From the IMG/VR virus record IMGVR_UViG_3300020416_000002: DNA of 64,000 nt. The stretch is one strand, 5' to 3'. The notes beneath the pieces were generated by a model. It did no database searches and was not told the origin of the DNA. It saw only the letters and a list, made by a program, of their open reading frames with translations. Below are positions 8,341-19,200 of this stretch, piece after piece. Every line of letters starts with the position of its first letter. Positions within the stretch are counted from its first letter, which is position 1. Source of the DNA: a virus. The translations under genes were made by a program, and so were the position numbers.

Positions 8341-9126
8341 TTATTTGAGGATACCATCTACATCCTCCATGGTCAAAGTATATGTGCCAGGATTTTGTAC
8401 CGCTATCGCTGCACATCTATTAGCAAAATTAATAGACTCATCCATGTCTGGTAACTGTACATAATAAAACACTAGTGCTGCTAAAAATGTATCGCCAGCA
8501 CCTGTTACATCAAACACTCTAGTGATAGGGACAGGAAATGTTTTATGATTCCACAATGCACCATTGGCACCGTGAGTTACAATCATATTCTCACCCTTAG
8601 GTATATGATTTGCGTCTAATAAATTAAATTCTTTCTGATTAATTTTATAGATTATATTAGGATACTGTGTAGGTAACTTCTTCTTTTTAGTGTCAACAAA
8701 TACTTTTATGTCTGGATTCCTACTAGCAAGATGTTGAATATCTTCTACAGATATAAATCCTTTATCATAATCTGATATAACAATAGCATCATAACTTTGA
8801 TGCACTGCTGCCATGGTAATTTGAGAAGGATGTAATGGTTCTACCTCTGGTTCAGTATCCAGACGCATGATCTGTTGATTAGATTTCTCATGAACATATC
8901 TTGTCTTAGTAATCTTCTCCTTATGAGTCAAGAAGTTTACATTGATACCAAGAGACTTTAAATTCTCATAAACATTTGCTGCCATGCCAGGAGCACTTTG
9001 AGTCTCCCTATATTTCATAACAGGAATTGGTGCTTCAGGACTTAAACGATCACAAGATCCATACACCCATTCATCGGTACAACTATCCCCGATCAATAAT
9101 ACATTGAATTGTCTTGCTAGTCGCAT
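8341..9126 (-). CDS. Heptose-7-phosphate kinase (HldE/RfaE domain I, PfkB family)
   Basis: RLSPEAPIPV, ISDYDKG, DVTGAGDTF. Confidence 0.85.
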   Translation of the reverse strand: MRLARQFNVLLIGDSCTDEWVYGSCDRLSPEAPIPVMKYRETQSAPGMAANVYENLKSLGINVNFLTHKEKITKTRYVHEKSNQQIMRLDTEPEVEPLHPSQITMAAVHQSYDAIVISDYDKGFISVEDIQHLASRNPDIKVFVDTKKKKLPTQYPNIIYKINQKEFNLLDANHIPKGENMIVTHGANGALWNHKTFPVPITRVFDVTGAGDTFLAALVFYYVQLPDMDESINFANRCAAIAVQNPGTYTLTMEDVDGILK

Positions 9127-9508
9127 ACTTTTCAATCCTATCGTAAAATTTTAGTTCAGCAGACCAGTAAGAACCTATTACTGATTTACCTTTCCAATCA
9201 GAACCTACAACCATTATATCAGGTTTGATGTCCTTTACCAAGGACTCTAATGATTCATCACTATCAAAATACCTGACTTCATCAACTGCTGATAGAGCAA
9301 TAAGCATGATGCCCCTATCTTCCTGATTATATATTGGTCTAGTAGATCCTTTTTTTTCTCTCACTCTGTCGTCAGTATCAATACCAACTACAAGATAATC
9401 TCCAAGAGATTTTGCCCAATTCAATAGTGATACATGACCAGGATGTAAGAGATCAAATGTCCCATTAACAAAAACTCTTACAGGTGCAAACGGATGTACT
9501 AATTTCAT
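9083..9508 (-). CDS. Heptose-1-phosphate adenylyltransferase (HldE/RfaE domain II)
   Basis: NGTFDLLHPGH, KG..RP, VVGSDW, TSKTI. Confidence 0.85.
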   Translation of the reverse strand: MKLVHPFAPVRVFVNGTFDLLHPGHVSLLNWAKSLGDYLVVGIDTDDRVREKKGSTRPIYNQEDRGIMLIALSAVDEVRYFDSDESLESLVKDIKPDIMVVGSDWKGKSVIGSYWSAELKFYDRIEKYATSKTIQCIIDRG

Positions 9509-10095
9509 TTTCTACCTATTTTATATGCAATTGTTGCACGGAGACCAGTGTAGTCTGCGTCAAATGATAGACCCTTATGCATTAATTTACCTAAGAATAC
9601 ACAAACTCTACCAGGTCTAGGTGCCACTCTCATAACATTATCACTTTCAAATTTGATACAAGTTTCTCCATGATACTCTTCTTTAGCATCTTGATTTACA
9701 TAGTATATCATGGTTATACCATTATCCTTACAATCCTTATGATAAATTGTATTATGTAAATATTGTTGTCCATTGATTAGGATTTCTCCTAGTTGAATGT
9801 CCTCATTAGTCATAGTTCTACAGACCGCATGATATATCATGGGGAACAATGAGTCATTAGCAATGGGTGACAAAGGTTCGGGATAAATTTTTTGAGAAAA
9901 AGCAGGCACTTCTTTTTCTGGATTTCTGGTCTCGGTATAGTGACCGAATCTCCACCCAGAAGAGTCCATGACAGTTCGATGAACATATTCAATAAACCAG
10001 TCAGGGAATAAGTTATCAATTACAATAACTTTTTCCTCATCAATATTATATTGTGAGAAGTCAAGTCGTTCTTGACTACAATCAACACTAATCAT
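9505..10095 (-). CDS. 2OG-Fe(II) oxygenase
   Basis: HKD...H...R.TIAY facial-triad pattern. Confidence 0.75.
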   Translation of the reverse strand: MISVDCSQERLDFSQYNIDEEKVIVIDNLFPDWFIEYVHRTVMDSSGWRFGHYTETRNPEKEVPAFSQKIYPEPLSPIANDSLFPMIYHAVCRTMTNEDIQLGEILINGQQYLHNTIYHKDCKDNGITMIYYVNQDAKEEYHGETCIKFESDNVMRVAPRPGRVCVFLGKLMHKGLSFDADYTGLRATIAYKIGRK

Positions 10096-11992
10096 TTGGA
10101 ACTTTAATAAGTTTGTTATACTCAGGGAGATAGAGATACTCTAGTCCACTATTAGAAAGAGTCTTCATTGCATCTTCTAATGTCTCTACCAATGGTTCAC
10201 CACCAAGATTAAATGATGTATTGAAAATAATAGGACATCCAGTCTGCTGATAAAACTCATTGATAATATTATAGTAATGATTGTTTTGTTGTTTGGTTAC
10301 TGTTTGAATTCTGCAGGTCTTATCAACATGAATAATTGCAGGAATCTTTTCTTCAATGCCAGGTTGACAGTTGACTGCATACATCATAAAAGGAGTGTCC
10401 TCCATACCACGAAGATCAAACCATTCATGCACATGTTCTTTAAGAATAGATCCAGCAAAAGGTCTAAAGAACTCACGCCTTTTCAATTTATTCACATGAT
10501 CTTTTCCATCAGGATCACGAGGATCATAAAGCAAAGAACGATTACCTAATGCTCTAGGACCTGCCTCAGATCTACCTTGGAATAAAGCAACAATGTTTTT
10601 ATTAGTAATTAGTTCTACTACATCTGCGTATGTAGCATCTTTAATCTCTGCTTCATAATCATATACCATTTTGTTAATGGTTTCTTCCATGTAATTATAC
10701 TGAGGACCGAGATATAGATTTTCAATGCGGTCACGAACTCTAGTATCTTTGGTAATACGATGATGCCATAGTAGAGCAGCACCTAATGCTGTACCAGCAT
10801 CGTTACTGACAGGTTCAACATAAAGATTGATACCCTCATCTTTGAGTTGGTCAAGATACCAATAGTTAGCAACACAATTTAATCCATATCCACCAGATAA
10901 AACAACATTTTTGATACCACTATCCTTAACTGCTTTTCTGATTAGATTTAGAACCTGCTGTTGAGTATCGTTTTGTACTCTCCATGCAAAATTCTTTCTA
11001 CCTTCACAGTCATATGATTGTTTAATTTTAGAATCTGCTACTCCTGTTTCATATTCTTTTTCTGATACAATCTCATTGATCTCTGGTTCATACCAAAGAT
11101 TTTGAATTGCACCATTAGGATACATTGGAGTAAAGATATTACTATCTGCTAAATCTACGGGTAACATACCACACTTGTTAAACAAAGGTGGAATGTAACT
11201 ACACTCTTTACCATAAGGTGACAGTCCCATAGTTTTACCTGCCTCAATAGCAGGGAATCCACAGTATTCAGTCACTGCCTCATAAGTTTTTACAATGCCA
11301 CATTTGTGACTTGCAATCAGTTCATGATGATCATTTTGTGGTGATTCATAGTTAACATCTTGACCATACCCAGACCAGAATCCAGAATCAAAATTGTTGT
11401 AGTAGTTTAAAGGTGATGCAAACTTAGAACCTAAGTGTTTATATTTTGTGTCAAACTTATGTGGGTAAGCACATTCAAAAATAGTCTCTGTCTCCCAGTA
11501 ATCCTCAACTTCTTTTTTCTTGGCACCAAACTTAACCCATGAACCTGCACCGTCAACAATTACAGCAACTGCGTTTTCAAATCCAGAGTTATAAAATGCT
11601 GCTGCAGCATGTGTTCTATGATGGATGTGTCCCATGTCAATGACATTTTTAGGAACCTCTGCACCACATGTTCTTTTTTTAATCTCATCCTCAGGTAAAG
11701 AGTTTACATCAGGCAAGAGACCAATCTTTCTTGCAAGACCATAGTAAGGATCATTCATAGAATAATCCAACTTCATATCAGGATGTCCATCTAATCTAGT
11801 AGTATGAACACAAACAAAATAATCTAACCTGTCTGTGTACTCCTTGATCTTTAAAATAGATGCTAGAGGACCACCATCATACTTTGCTCTAGTCAATCTC
11901 TCTTCTTCTAGAGCAAATACTAACTTACCATCTTTTAATAAAGCAACTCCAGAGTTATGTCCTCTAGCAACTGCTGCAATCCATTGTGCCAT
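10088..11992 (-). CDS. O-carbamoyltransferase (NodU/CmcH/TobZ family)
   Basis: EEER, HHRTHA, DG.G, GKTMGL..YG, GG..LNCVAN, GPRALGNRS, RE.FRPFA, NTSFN. Confidence 0.92.
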   Translation of the reverse strand: MAQWIAAVARGHNSGVALLKDGKLVFALEEERLTRAKYDGGPLASILKIKEYTDRLDYFVCVHTTRLDGHPDMKLDYSMNDPYYGLARKIGLLPDVNSLPEDEIKKRTCGAEVPKNVIDMGHIHHRTHAAAAFYNSGFENAVAVIVDGAGSWVKFGAKKKEVEDYWETETIFECAYPHKFDTKYKHLGSKFASPLNYYNNFDSGFWSGYGQDVNYESPQNDHHELIASHKCGIVKTYEAVTEYCGFPAIEAGKTMGLSPYGKECSYIPPLFNKCGMLPVDLADSNIFTPMYPNGAIQNLWYEPEINEIVSEKEYETGVADSKIKQSYDCEGRKNFAWRVQNDTQQQVLNLIRKAVKDSGIKNVVLSGGYGLNCVANYWYLDQLKDEGINLYVEPVSNDAGTALGAALLWHHRITKDTRVRDRIENLYLGPQYNYMEETINKMVYDYEAEIKDATYADVVELITNKNIVALFQGRSEAGPRALGNRSLLYDPRDPDGKDHVNKLKRREFFRPFAGSILKEHVHEWFDLRGMEDTPFMMYAVNCQPGIEEKIPAIIHVDKTCRIQTVTKQQNNHYYNIINEFYQQTGCPIIFNTSFNLGGEPLVETLEDAMKTLSNSGLEYLYLPEYNKLIKVPND

Positions 11993-12999
11993 TACTTAAA
12001 TCCCTTTGGAGTTTTGTTATCACAACATGATTTAGTTTGTTGTGGTTGTTCTTGTTTAACGATAGGAACATCTTTTGACTTACCCAATCTTTTCTTACAG
12101 GAGTCAATGATATTCTTGATGTCATCATCCGTCATGGACATACATTCATCGTTCATCATATCCTGTTGATCTTCCATAGTCAACCTGATAGGAGAGAATG
12201 TTCTTCTGTCTTCTCCAAGATCAATAATATCAACATCATCATCATTTGGATAAGAAATATTGATAGGATATGTAGATCCTATCACAACTGTTGATGTTGT
12301 TCCTACTGACTTTGCAATATGTTGTCCAACACTATCACATCCTAAGAAATGATCTGCACACTCAATAAGTCCTGCCCATAAACGAATGTCAGGAACTTCA
12401 GGAGTTGCATGATTATATTTACTCTCTCCAGTATCGAATGGAAATTCACTCATGATTACTACAGTGTAATCTTTCTTGAGTGTGTTAACAATAGTACTAA
12501 TATCTTGGATGTTAAAACTACGAGAGGTAGGATCGTAAATGTATCCATCGGTGTTCATGACACCCCTACCAAATGGTTGAATAATAATTACTTTATCTTT
12601 ACCACACTGACCCTTGATCTGTTCAATGGTTTGAATTGCAGAGATGCCCTCCTGTTTTGTTACCTTAATATTAGGAGTAGGAAGTTCTCTAGGTTCTTCT
12701 AACTCATTGATCTCCATATCAAATGCTTGTGCAAGACTACATTTTTGATTGTAGTAATGCCAACGACGATATGGTTCTGGAGTAACACAATCTCTATCCT
12801 TTATCTTATCCTCAAACAAACCCTTATGCCAAATATCATAGGCATGTTTATGTAGAATCGGATGTCCCTTGAAGAAGTTCATACCTCCTTCAGCAACGAT
12901 AATAAAATCATCATGTGTCTCTGCGTATTTTTCAAAAGCAGGTATGGAACAGATGATACGACCAGCACCACCATTAATAAAGAATGCTTTAGATCTCAT
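11992..12999 (-). CDS. GT9-like (heptosyltransferase-like) glycosyltransferase
   Basis: IIIQPFG and LIECADHFLGCDSVGQHIA resemble the GT9 signature AD.FIG.DSGP.H.A. Confidence 0.6.
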   Translation of the reverse strand: MRSKAFFINGGAGRIICSIPAFEKYAETHDDFIIVAEGGMNFFKGHPILHKHAYDIWHKGLFEDKIKDRDCVTPEPYRRWHYYNQKCSLAQAFDMEINELEEPRELPTPNIKVTKQEGISAIQTIEQIKGQCGKDKVIIIQPFGRGVMNTDGYIYDPTSRSFNIQDISTIVNTLKKDYTVVIMSEFPFDTGESKYNHATPEVPDIRLWAGLIECADHFLGCDSVGQHIAKSVGTTSTVVIGSTYPINISYPNDDDVDIIDLGEDRRTFSPIRLTMEDQQDMMNDECMSMTDDDIKNIIDSCKKRLGKSKDVPIVKQEQPQQTKSCCDNKTPKGFK

Positions 13000-13024
13000 A
13001 ATATTCTATCAACAATTTATATAG

Positions 13025-13765
13025 TCACATAAAAAGAACTTGATTCATTCGATTATAATCGGTAAACATACCTGTATCTATATCTGGTGAATGAAGCACA
13101 TCTGACTCGTAAACAATACATCTATTATACACCATATTAAACCTATGTTCAACCTTCCATTCTCTATCACCATTAATCCAGTCATGTATATATGGAAACA
13201 ACTGATCTTCTTTACTCACCTCTTCATCAAATCCCTCAGGTTTCTTGATATAATTTAAGGTACTACATGGTAGGGTCATCATCCCATTATAAGAATATAA
13301 ATTAGTACCACCTGCACACTCCTCAGGTGTATTTAAGAACACAACTACACCAAACTGATTAGGTGCATAAAAATCTGCCTTAGATGAATCTTGATGAGGT
13401 AGATTTAACCAAGGGTTTATAGTTATAGATTTTGAGTTCATTATATTACACATAAAACCAACTCTATCCCATTGCTCTTCATATTTGTGAGGATCTATTG
13501 GTTTATTCCACAAACCTACCTGCATACAGAAAGAATCAAATAGTAATTTTAAATGATCTTTTACCTCAGGGGTTTCAATAAAAATTCTCTCGCCTGGTAT
13601 GCCACGGATGAGATCATCTCTTCTCTCTGATCTAGTATTTAATGCTAAGGATCTAACCTCATCAGGATTTTTATAGAAGTTATCAATAACTATTGCCGTC
13701 CTCTTATCCTTACCGATATCACGGACATAATTAACCTTTAGGTTATCATTTAACTCAAACATCAC
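13025..13765 (-). CDS. 2OG-Fe(II) oxygenase (DUF6445-like)
   Basis: IDNFYKNPDEVR, PHQD, GGT, YNR, LH. Confidence 0.8.
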   Translation of the reverse strand: MMFELNDNLKVNYVRDIGKDKRTAIVIDNFYKNPDEVRSLALNTRSERRDDLIRGIPGERIFIETPEVKDHLKLLFDSFCMQVGLWNKPIDPHKYEEQWDRVGFMCNIMNSKSITINPWLNLPHQDSSKADFYAPNQFGVVVFLNTPEECAGGTNLYSYNGMMTLPCSTLNYIKKPEGFDEEVSKEDQLFPYIHDWINGDREWKVEHRFNMVYNRCIVYESDVLHSPDIDTGMFTDYNRMNQVLFM

Positions 13766-14499
13766 ATAAAAATAACTTGATTCATGCGGTGATAATTGGT
13801 GAACATACCCAAATCAACACTCTGACCATGCAAAAGGTCTGCTTCATACATTACCATCCTATTATATACCATTTCCAATTCATGTTCAACCTTCCAATGA
13901 GGACCATTACGAGTGTGATACCTCACATGTTTAAATCTCTCAGCGTTTGTTAAGTTTTCTTCATTGTCTGGGATAGGTATACCACTGACATATCGTTGAG
14001 GGATAGAGACATCACCATTAAAACTATAGATAGCAGTGCCTCCTGCACATTCCTCTGGACTATTTAAATATATGTTAGCACCAAACTGAAAATTTGGTAA
14101 ACCAGGTTCTTTTACACCAGTATATGCATCTTGATGTGGAACAATAGCGAGAGGATCTTTAATTAATGACTCATCATTCAATAAATTAACCATAAACCCT
14201 GCGGAGTTCCATGATTTGTCAAACTCTCTAATATCAAGTAGGTTTTTCTTATCCCATATGCCATTGTCTATTGCCAGTTCAAGAAATAAATTGTATAGGT
14301 AAGTTTGGATATCATTATCTCTCTTAAATATTCTCCAACCAGGAAATCCACTACATAATCCCTCATCATCACTATATTCTTCTGTTAATGCTCTCTCCCT
14401 TACTTCATCAGGGTTTTCGTAAAAATTATCTATGATAACAGCTTGATGTCCTTTAATAGTTGTTACCTTGACATCTAGGTTGTCATTTGTTTTAAACAT
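13762..14499 (-). CDS. 2OG-Fe(II) oxygenase (DUF6445-like), tandem paralogue
   Basis: Same motifs as neighbour, including RMNQV.FM C-terminus. Confidence 0.8.
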   Translation of the reverse strand: MFKTNDNLDVKVTTIKGHQAVIIDNFYENPDEVRERALTEEYSDDEGLCSGFPGWRIFKRDNDIQTYLYNLFLELAIDNGIWDKKNLLDIREFDKSWNSAGFMVNLLNDESLIKDPLAIVPHQDAYTGVKEPGLPNFQFGANIYLNSPEECAGGTAIYSFNGDVSIPQRYVSGIPIPDNEENLTNAERFKHVRYHTRNGPHWKVEHELEMVYNRMVMYEADLLHGQSVDLGMFTNYHRMNQVIFM

Positions 14500-14519
14500 T
14501 CTATAAAATCCTCAGAGAC

Positions 14520-14553
14520 AAAAAAATTCTGGAAAAATTTTTCCCAGAATTTT
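14520..14553 (-). terminator. AT-rich hairpin terminator
   Basis: AAAATTCTGG...CCAGAATTTT plus U tract. Confidence 0.55.
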
Positions 14554-14577
14554 GTAAATAAAAGTTGAATTTTGAAA

Positions 14578-15285
14578 TTAGTCTGGAACCTGTACAAAAT
14601 CTGGGTTGTCCTCATCATCTGGAGTGCAAGGCCACACAATCAAGTGTGTTGCTGTACCAATGCCTGCCCAATCTGCAGGTAAGTTTCTTAACTTAGTACG
14701 ATAATCTTTCCAGCGTTGCTTGACTGCCTCAGGCATGTCCTCTGCAATACGAGTATCAGTTGCAGCAAGTTTAGCATTTCTTTCTGCTCTTACCCACTCC
14801 CAACCAAAACTAAAGTCATCATCCTCACCAGGACTAGGAGCGTTGGTAGCAAACTTAGGAGTAGACCATCCACCAACACCACTGTTAAGTGTTGGATCGT
14901 AAGTGAAAGATCTCATGTCATACACTTCATGGAAGTGATGAGGATCTTCAATCTTTGGATTAGGATCTGCTGACGGACCACAAACAACCTCAATCTTAGA
15001 AGGTGCAGATACATTGCCGTACATCGCAGCAGCATGCATAGGATATACTTCTGCGTCTAGACTAACAACATATGTATTGATTGGAGGGTTAGGAAATTCA
15101 GGACCATCCGTATCATACACTTCAAAAATTTGGTTTGTTTTATTACCAGAGTCGTCTTTCAACATGATAACAGACAAGTTCTTAGGACCTGAGTAAGTAT
15201 CAACACCTACTTGAGCGTCATCTTGGTCTTGTCCATGCCATGTTGTAGGCACTGGAAATAAAAATGTCTTAGTTATGTTTGCCAT
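14578..15285 (-). CDS. Tail fibre assembly chaperone-domain protein
   Basis: WEWVRAERNAKLAATD...W.DYR.KLRNLP...WP. Confidence 0.8.
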   Translation of the reverse strand: MANITKTFLFPVPTTWHGQDQDDAQVGVDTYSGPKNLSVIMLKDDSGNKTNQIFEVYDTDGPEFPNPPINTYVVSLDAEVYPMHAAAMYGNVSAPSKIEVVCGPSADPNPKIEDPHHFHEVYDMRSFTYDPTLNSGVGGWSTPKFATNAPSPGEDDDFSFGWEWVRAERNAKLAATDTRIAEDMPEAVKQRWKDYRTKLRNLPADWAGIGTATHLIVWPCTPDDEDNPDFVQVPD

Positions 15286-15312
15286 GGTTGTTCAGGTTTT
15301 CTCCTTCAGTAG

Positions 15313-15319
15313 TATTTAT
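15313..15319 (-). promoter_or_regulatory. T4-type late promoter
   Basis: ATAAATA upstream of chaperone gene. Confidence 0.55.
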
Positions 15320-16164
15320 TAAGACCAAGTAGTAAGGACTACCATACCCGCCTGTCCCCAGTCACCCCAACAGTTACCACCTTGAGTAGATGGACTAAAT
15401 CCACCACCGCCAGGAAATAGAGAGTGTCCATTGCAACATCCGCGAATAGGTCCTCTTGAACAGAAGTCTCTTCCGTATGATACTGGAGCACCGTATGGTC
15501 CTGAAGAACCTGATGCCATTTGTCTAAACTCAGTATGGCAATACTGGTTTGCGTGATATACAGAACGAATACCACCAATAGCATAGTCAGCACCACATGC
15601 ACAAGATTGAACCTCACTATAGCACTGGTTGCACTGAGCATGATAAGCACAGTTATAGCACCAACCACCACACTTCTGTCTGCCCCATGCACCACCATTG
15701 GCACAGAAGTTACTTAGTCCTGGTCCTTGAACATATGTTACACACCCACAGAATCCACAACCTGTCCTACCGTGACAGCATCCACAACAACTACATCTAT
15801 TACTACCACCAGCACAAATAGTATATGATGATGAACCTGGTGTGTAGTCACCTTTATGAGCGTAGATAGTCTTGACTGCATATGAACCAGATCCGCCAGG
15901 AATACCCTGATTAGATTGGCAACATCTACCACCTCCACCTGATCCTCCAGCACCTTGCAATTCAAATCGCATCGTTAATGCCTTTGCTGGAGCGGTAAAG
16001 TTGCAACAACAACCTCCGTTCTGAGGATTCCAGTAGCAACAGTTAGTAAAGAAATATCTACATGTAACTGCAGTAGAGAATCCACTAACCTGTGCAGGAC
16101 CTAAAGAGTTTGCTATAACCGCTTGGTCACCCTGAATCTTTTTATAAGTTTGATAATTAGCCAT
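15319..16164 (-). CDS. Cys/Gly-rich tail fibre tip / adhesin-like protein
   Basis: GAGGSGGG and PGGGG motifs, G.VV.T end, about 30 Cys in 281 aa. Confidence 0.7.
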   Translation of the reverse strand: MANYQTYKKIQGDQAVIANSLGPAQVSGFSTAVTCRYFFTNCCYWNPQNGGCCCNFTAPAKALTMRFELQGAGGSGGGGRCCQSNQGIPGGSGSYAVKTIYAHKGDYTPGSSSYTICAGGSNRCSCCGCCHGRTGCGFCGCVTYVQGPGLSNFCANGGAWGRQKCGGWCYNCAYHAQCNQCYSEVQSCACGADYAIGGIRSVYHANQYCHTEFRQMASGSSGPYGAPVSYGRDFCSRGPIRGCCNGHSLFPGGGGFSPSTQGGNCWGDWGQAGMVVLTTWS

Positions 16165-16187
16165 CGCCTATCTCGGTGGTGTACTTG

Positions 16188-16194
16188 TATTTAG
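16188..16194 (-). promoter_or_regulatory. T4-type late promoter
   Basis: CTAAATA. Confidence 0.55.
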
Positions 16195-16209
16195 AAGAAT
16201 ATGTATAAC

Positions 16210-16236
16210 AAAAGGGGGATGATGATCATCCCCTCC
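16210..16236 (-). terminator. Intrinsic terminator
   Basis: GGGGATGA-TCA-TCATCCCC plus TTTT. Confidence 0.7.
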
Positions 16237-16244
16237 AAGTAGAA

Positions 16245-19200
16245 TTAGACTGTAATTAGTCTCCATCCTTGTGTGCCATCGTAGAACACAAGTTCAAACG
16301 CAGCACCCTCGGTGTTAACTGTCATGTCTGAGGCGTCACCCATGATTGGGTTACCATTTCTGCCAACTGTTAGTGGACTAGAATCGAATGTCTTAGCAAC
16401 ATCGAAGATCCTAACACTATCACCCTTAACTGGTGAGGCAGGTAAGGTAATTGTGAATGAACCACCAGATGTATTAGCAAAGATTTGTTGTCTGTTACCA
16501 GCAGTGATACTAGTAGTAGCATCAATACTTGCGTATGCTCCTAGAGGCAACCAACTTCCACCATTGTAGAACTCAAATCCGTTAGCATCTTCATCGTAAC
16601 GAAGACCACCTTCAAGAAGATCAGCTCCAGTTGGACGACCAGATTGAGGACCGCGAGGTGGAACCAAGATACCAGATGTGGCATCCATCTTACCGCGAGT
16701 AAGGAATCCTCTAACTGCTTTCTCAGTAGGAGATGCAGTGTTAGAGTCTCCACCCATGGTCTCGTCAGAGGAGAATTCGTTAATTGCTTCACCAATCTGA
16801 CCACCGATAGCACCCAATCGTAGTTCTGTCAAACCAGAAAGGTTAAACGCGGAAGCATCCAAGGTAGCAGCACCAGTCAACTGGTTAACTGAGAAGAATT
16901 CACCAACTCTGAAGTTACCTCCTTGGTCTGTTGATACAAAGAAGATCTTACCAGTGTTCTGGATACTAGTTTCTTGACCTTGAGCAGCTGAGTTCTCATT
17001 AACATTTGGATAGTTAGTAGGAACTGTACCACCAGTACCGATTAACAAGAAGTCATGACCTGTCAATCTGATCTTGGAGAACTTAGATCTCATCAAGAAC
17101 TCTTGATCATCAAGACCAATTGTAGGTGATGAACCTTTGCCAGGTGCGATAGTAACGGTTGCTCTACCATTACCAGCAATGATTGCTCCAACTGATGTCT
17201 TACCAATACCACCTTCTTGACCAATGTAAGCATGATCAGAGAGGTTAGTAGATGCTTGGTTTTCTCCAGTAGTATTCAATACATTGAAGACCAGAGTTGT
17301 AGATCCTGTACCTGCGAGAACAGGGATAGGATTACCTGCGATAGCATCAGTAGGACGAGGATATGCGGTAGAAGAAATGTTACCATCAAGATCACAAGTG
17401 AATACTAATGAACCAGTATTAACTCTAATGAAGTCACCAAAGAGAAGACCATGAGGTTCTGATGTAAAGGCAGTAACGACACCAATATTAGGATCATAAA
17501 CAGCTTCATTAACATCTAATGAAGTACCCTCAACATAATTACTTTGCGTTCTAACAATGTAAGTATTAGAGTCAGAGAATCCCAGACCAACTGTCGTGAA
17601 TCCAATCGCGTCTCCAACTTGCGGAGTCGTAGTTAATCCAGCAACCTCAATAAGAATATCTTTTTGTCCAGCAACAGCGTTTGCTGCAGATGCAATTCTA
17701 AAGTAACCAGTTGCACCAGCACCAACGGAATCAACCTCAACAAACTCACCAGGTTTGAACACCGTAGTACCGATACCAATTGCACCGTTAGGTGTAACAG
17801 TAGGATCACTAGAGGTGTTACCATATCCAGCGAAGTACTTGAAGTACACTGCGTCAGCAGATGTTTGGTCATTGGTTAGTTCAGCACGAGCACCTGACTC
17901 AGTACCACGCATAGTAGCACCAACTCCAAAGGTACCAGCGTAAGTACCAACAACAGTTGCCATCTTATCGCCGTAAAGTTTACCAGGTCTCGCTACCTCA
18001 TGAGTAGAGAATCCTGTAGCGACTGCACCGTATGTACCGTAAGAGTTGTTACCAGATAGAGATCTAATCTCAGATCCATCATCGGAGTAGTAACCATATG
18101 CACAGTAGTAAGTGAAGCAAGACACAACCTCAGCGACTGCATCATCCTCAAGCATAAATCCAACACCATCAGAGTGAACATTGGTAAATGCGTCGAACAC
18201 CATTGATTTGAATCCCTTACCTTCAGGGTTCAGATGATGTTGTCCACCTTCAATGAAGATACCAATAGCACCACCATGACCAGTACCATCTTGAGCATTG
18301 TCAGAGAAAGCAGTACAGTCTTTGATGTAAGGAGATCTAGTTAAGATAGATTCGTCAGGGTTAAGTCTAATGTAGACACCACAAGCAGTAGTTCCAACAC
18401 CAACCTTGTGTTGCATCTTATCTGTATTGAAAGGATCATTAACATCGTAGTCAAATCCCTTCAGACCCTTCATGGTAATCGCCTGAATTGTTGTAGCGTC
18501 AGACACAAAGAACATCGTTGAACGATCATTCGGTGTCACACCATCAGTTGAAATACCAGGATTAGGTTTAATAGTAGAACCTCTTAGAACATCACCAGCG
18601 ATGGAGAAGTTCTTTGGAAGAACAATAGGAAGATCCTCATTGAACACACCAGCAGAGAGTTTCAGAATAACAGGTGCAGCGTTAGTAAGTTGATTTAAAG
18701 CACCAGCAGGTTGTGGATTAGAGTATACATGTGGGATAGTAGAAGGACCAACACGAGTAACTAACTGTCTATCACTGTTAATACCAGAGATGGTGAAGTA
18801 ATAACCCTCAGCACCAGATGGGAACTCAGTACCAGGTCCAAGACCAGAGGCACAAGTAAAGTGTAGACCAACAATTTTAATCTCACCACCTACAAACATA
18901 CCATGGTTGGTAGCAGTAGAAATCGTAGTGATACCAGTTGTATTATCATAAACTGCATCAACAACATCTAACTGTGGGTTTGTAGATGTAGCAGCAAATG
19001 CAACTGTTTTAAACGCAGCATCAGGAGACTCACCTGAGAAATTATTATTACCTTTCTGAGAGTCAACATAGTAAATTTTAGTACGCTTAGCAGCAAATTC
19101 CCATTGAATCTCATCACTAGTACTAACATTCAAGAATGTACCTTGAGTACCAATACCCTGTCTTGTAGGACCTGTACCATTTCTAGTAAGCAAGTCACCT

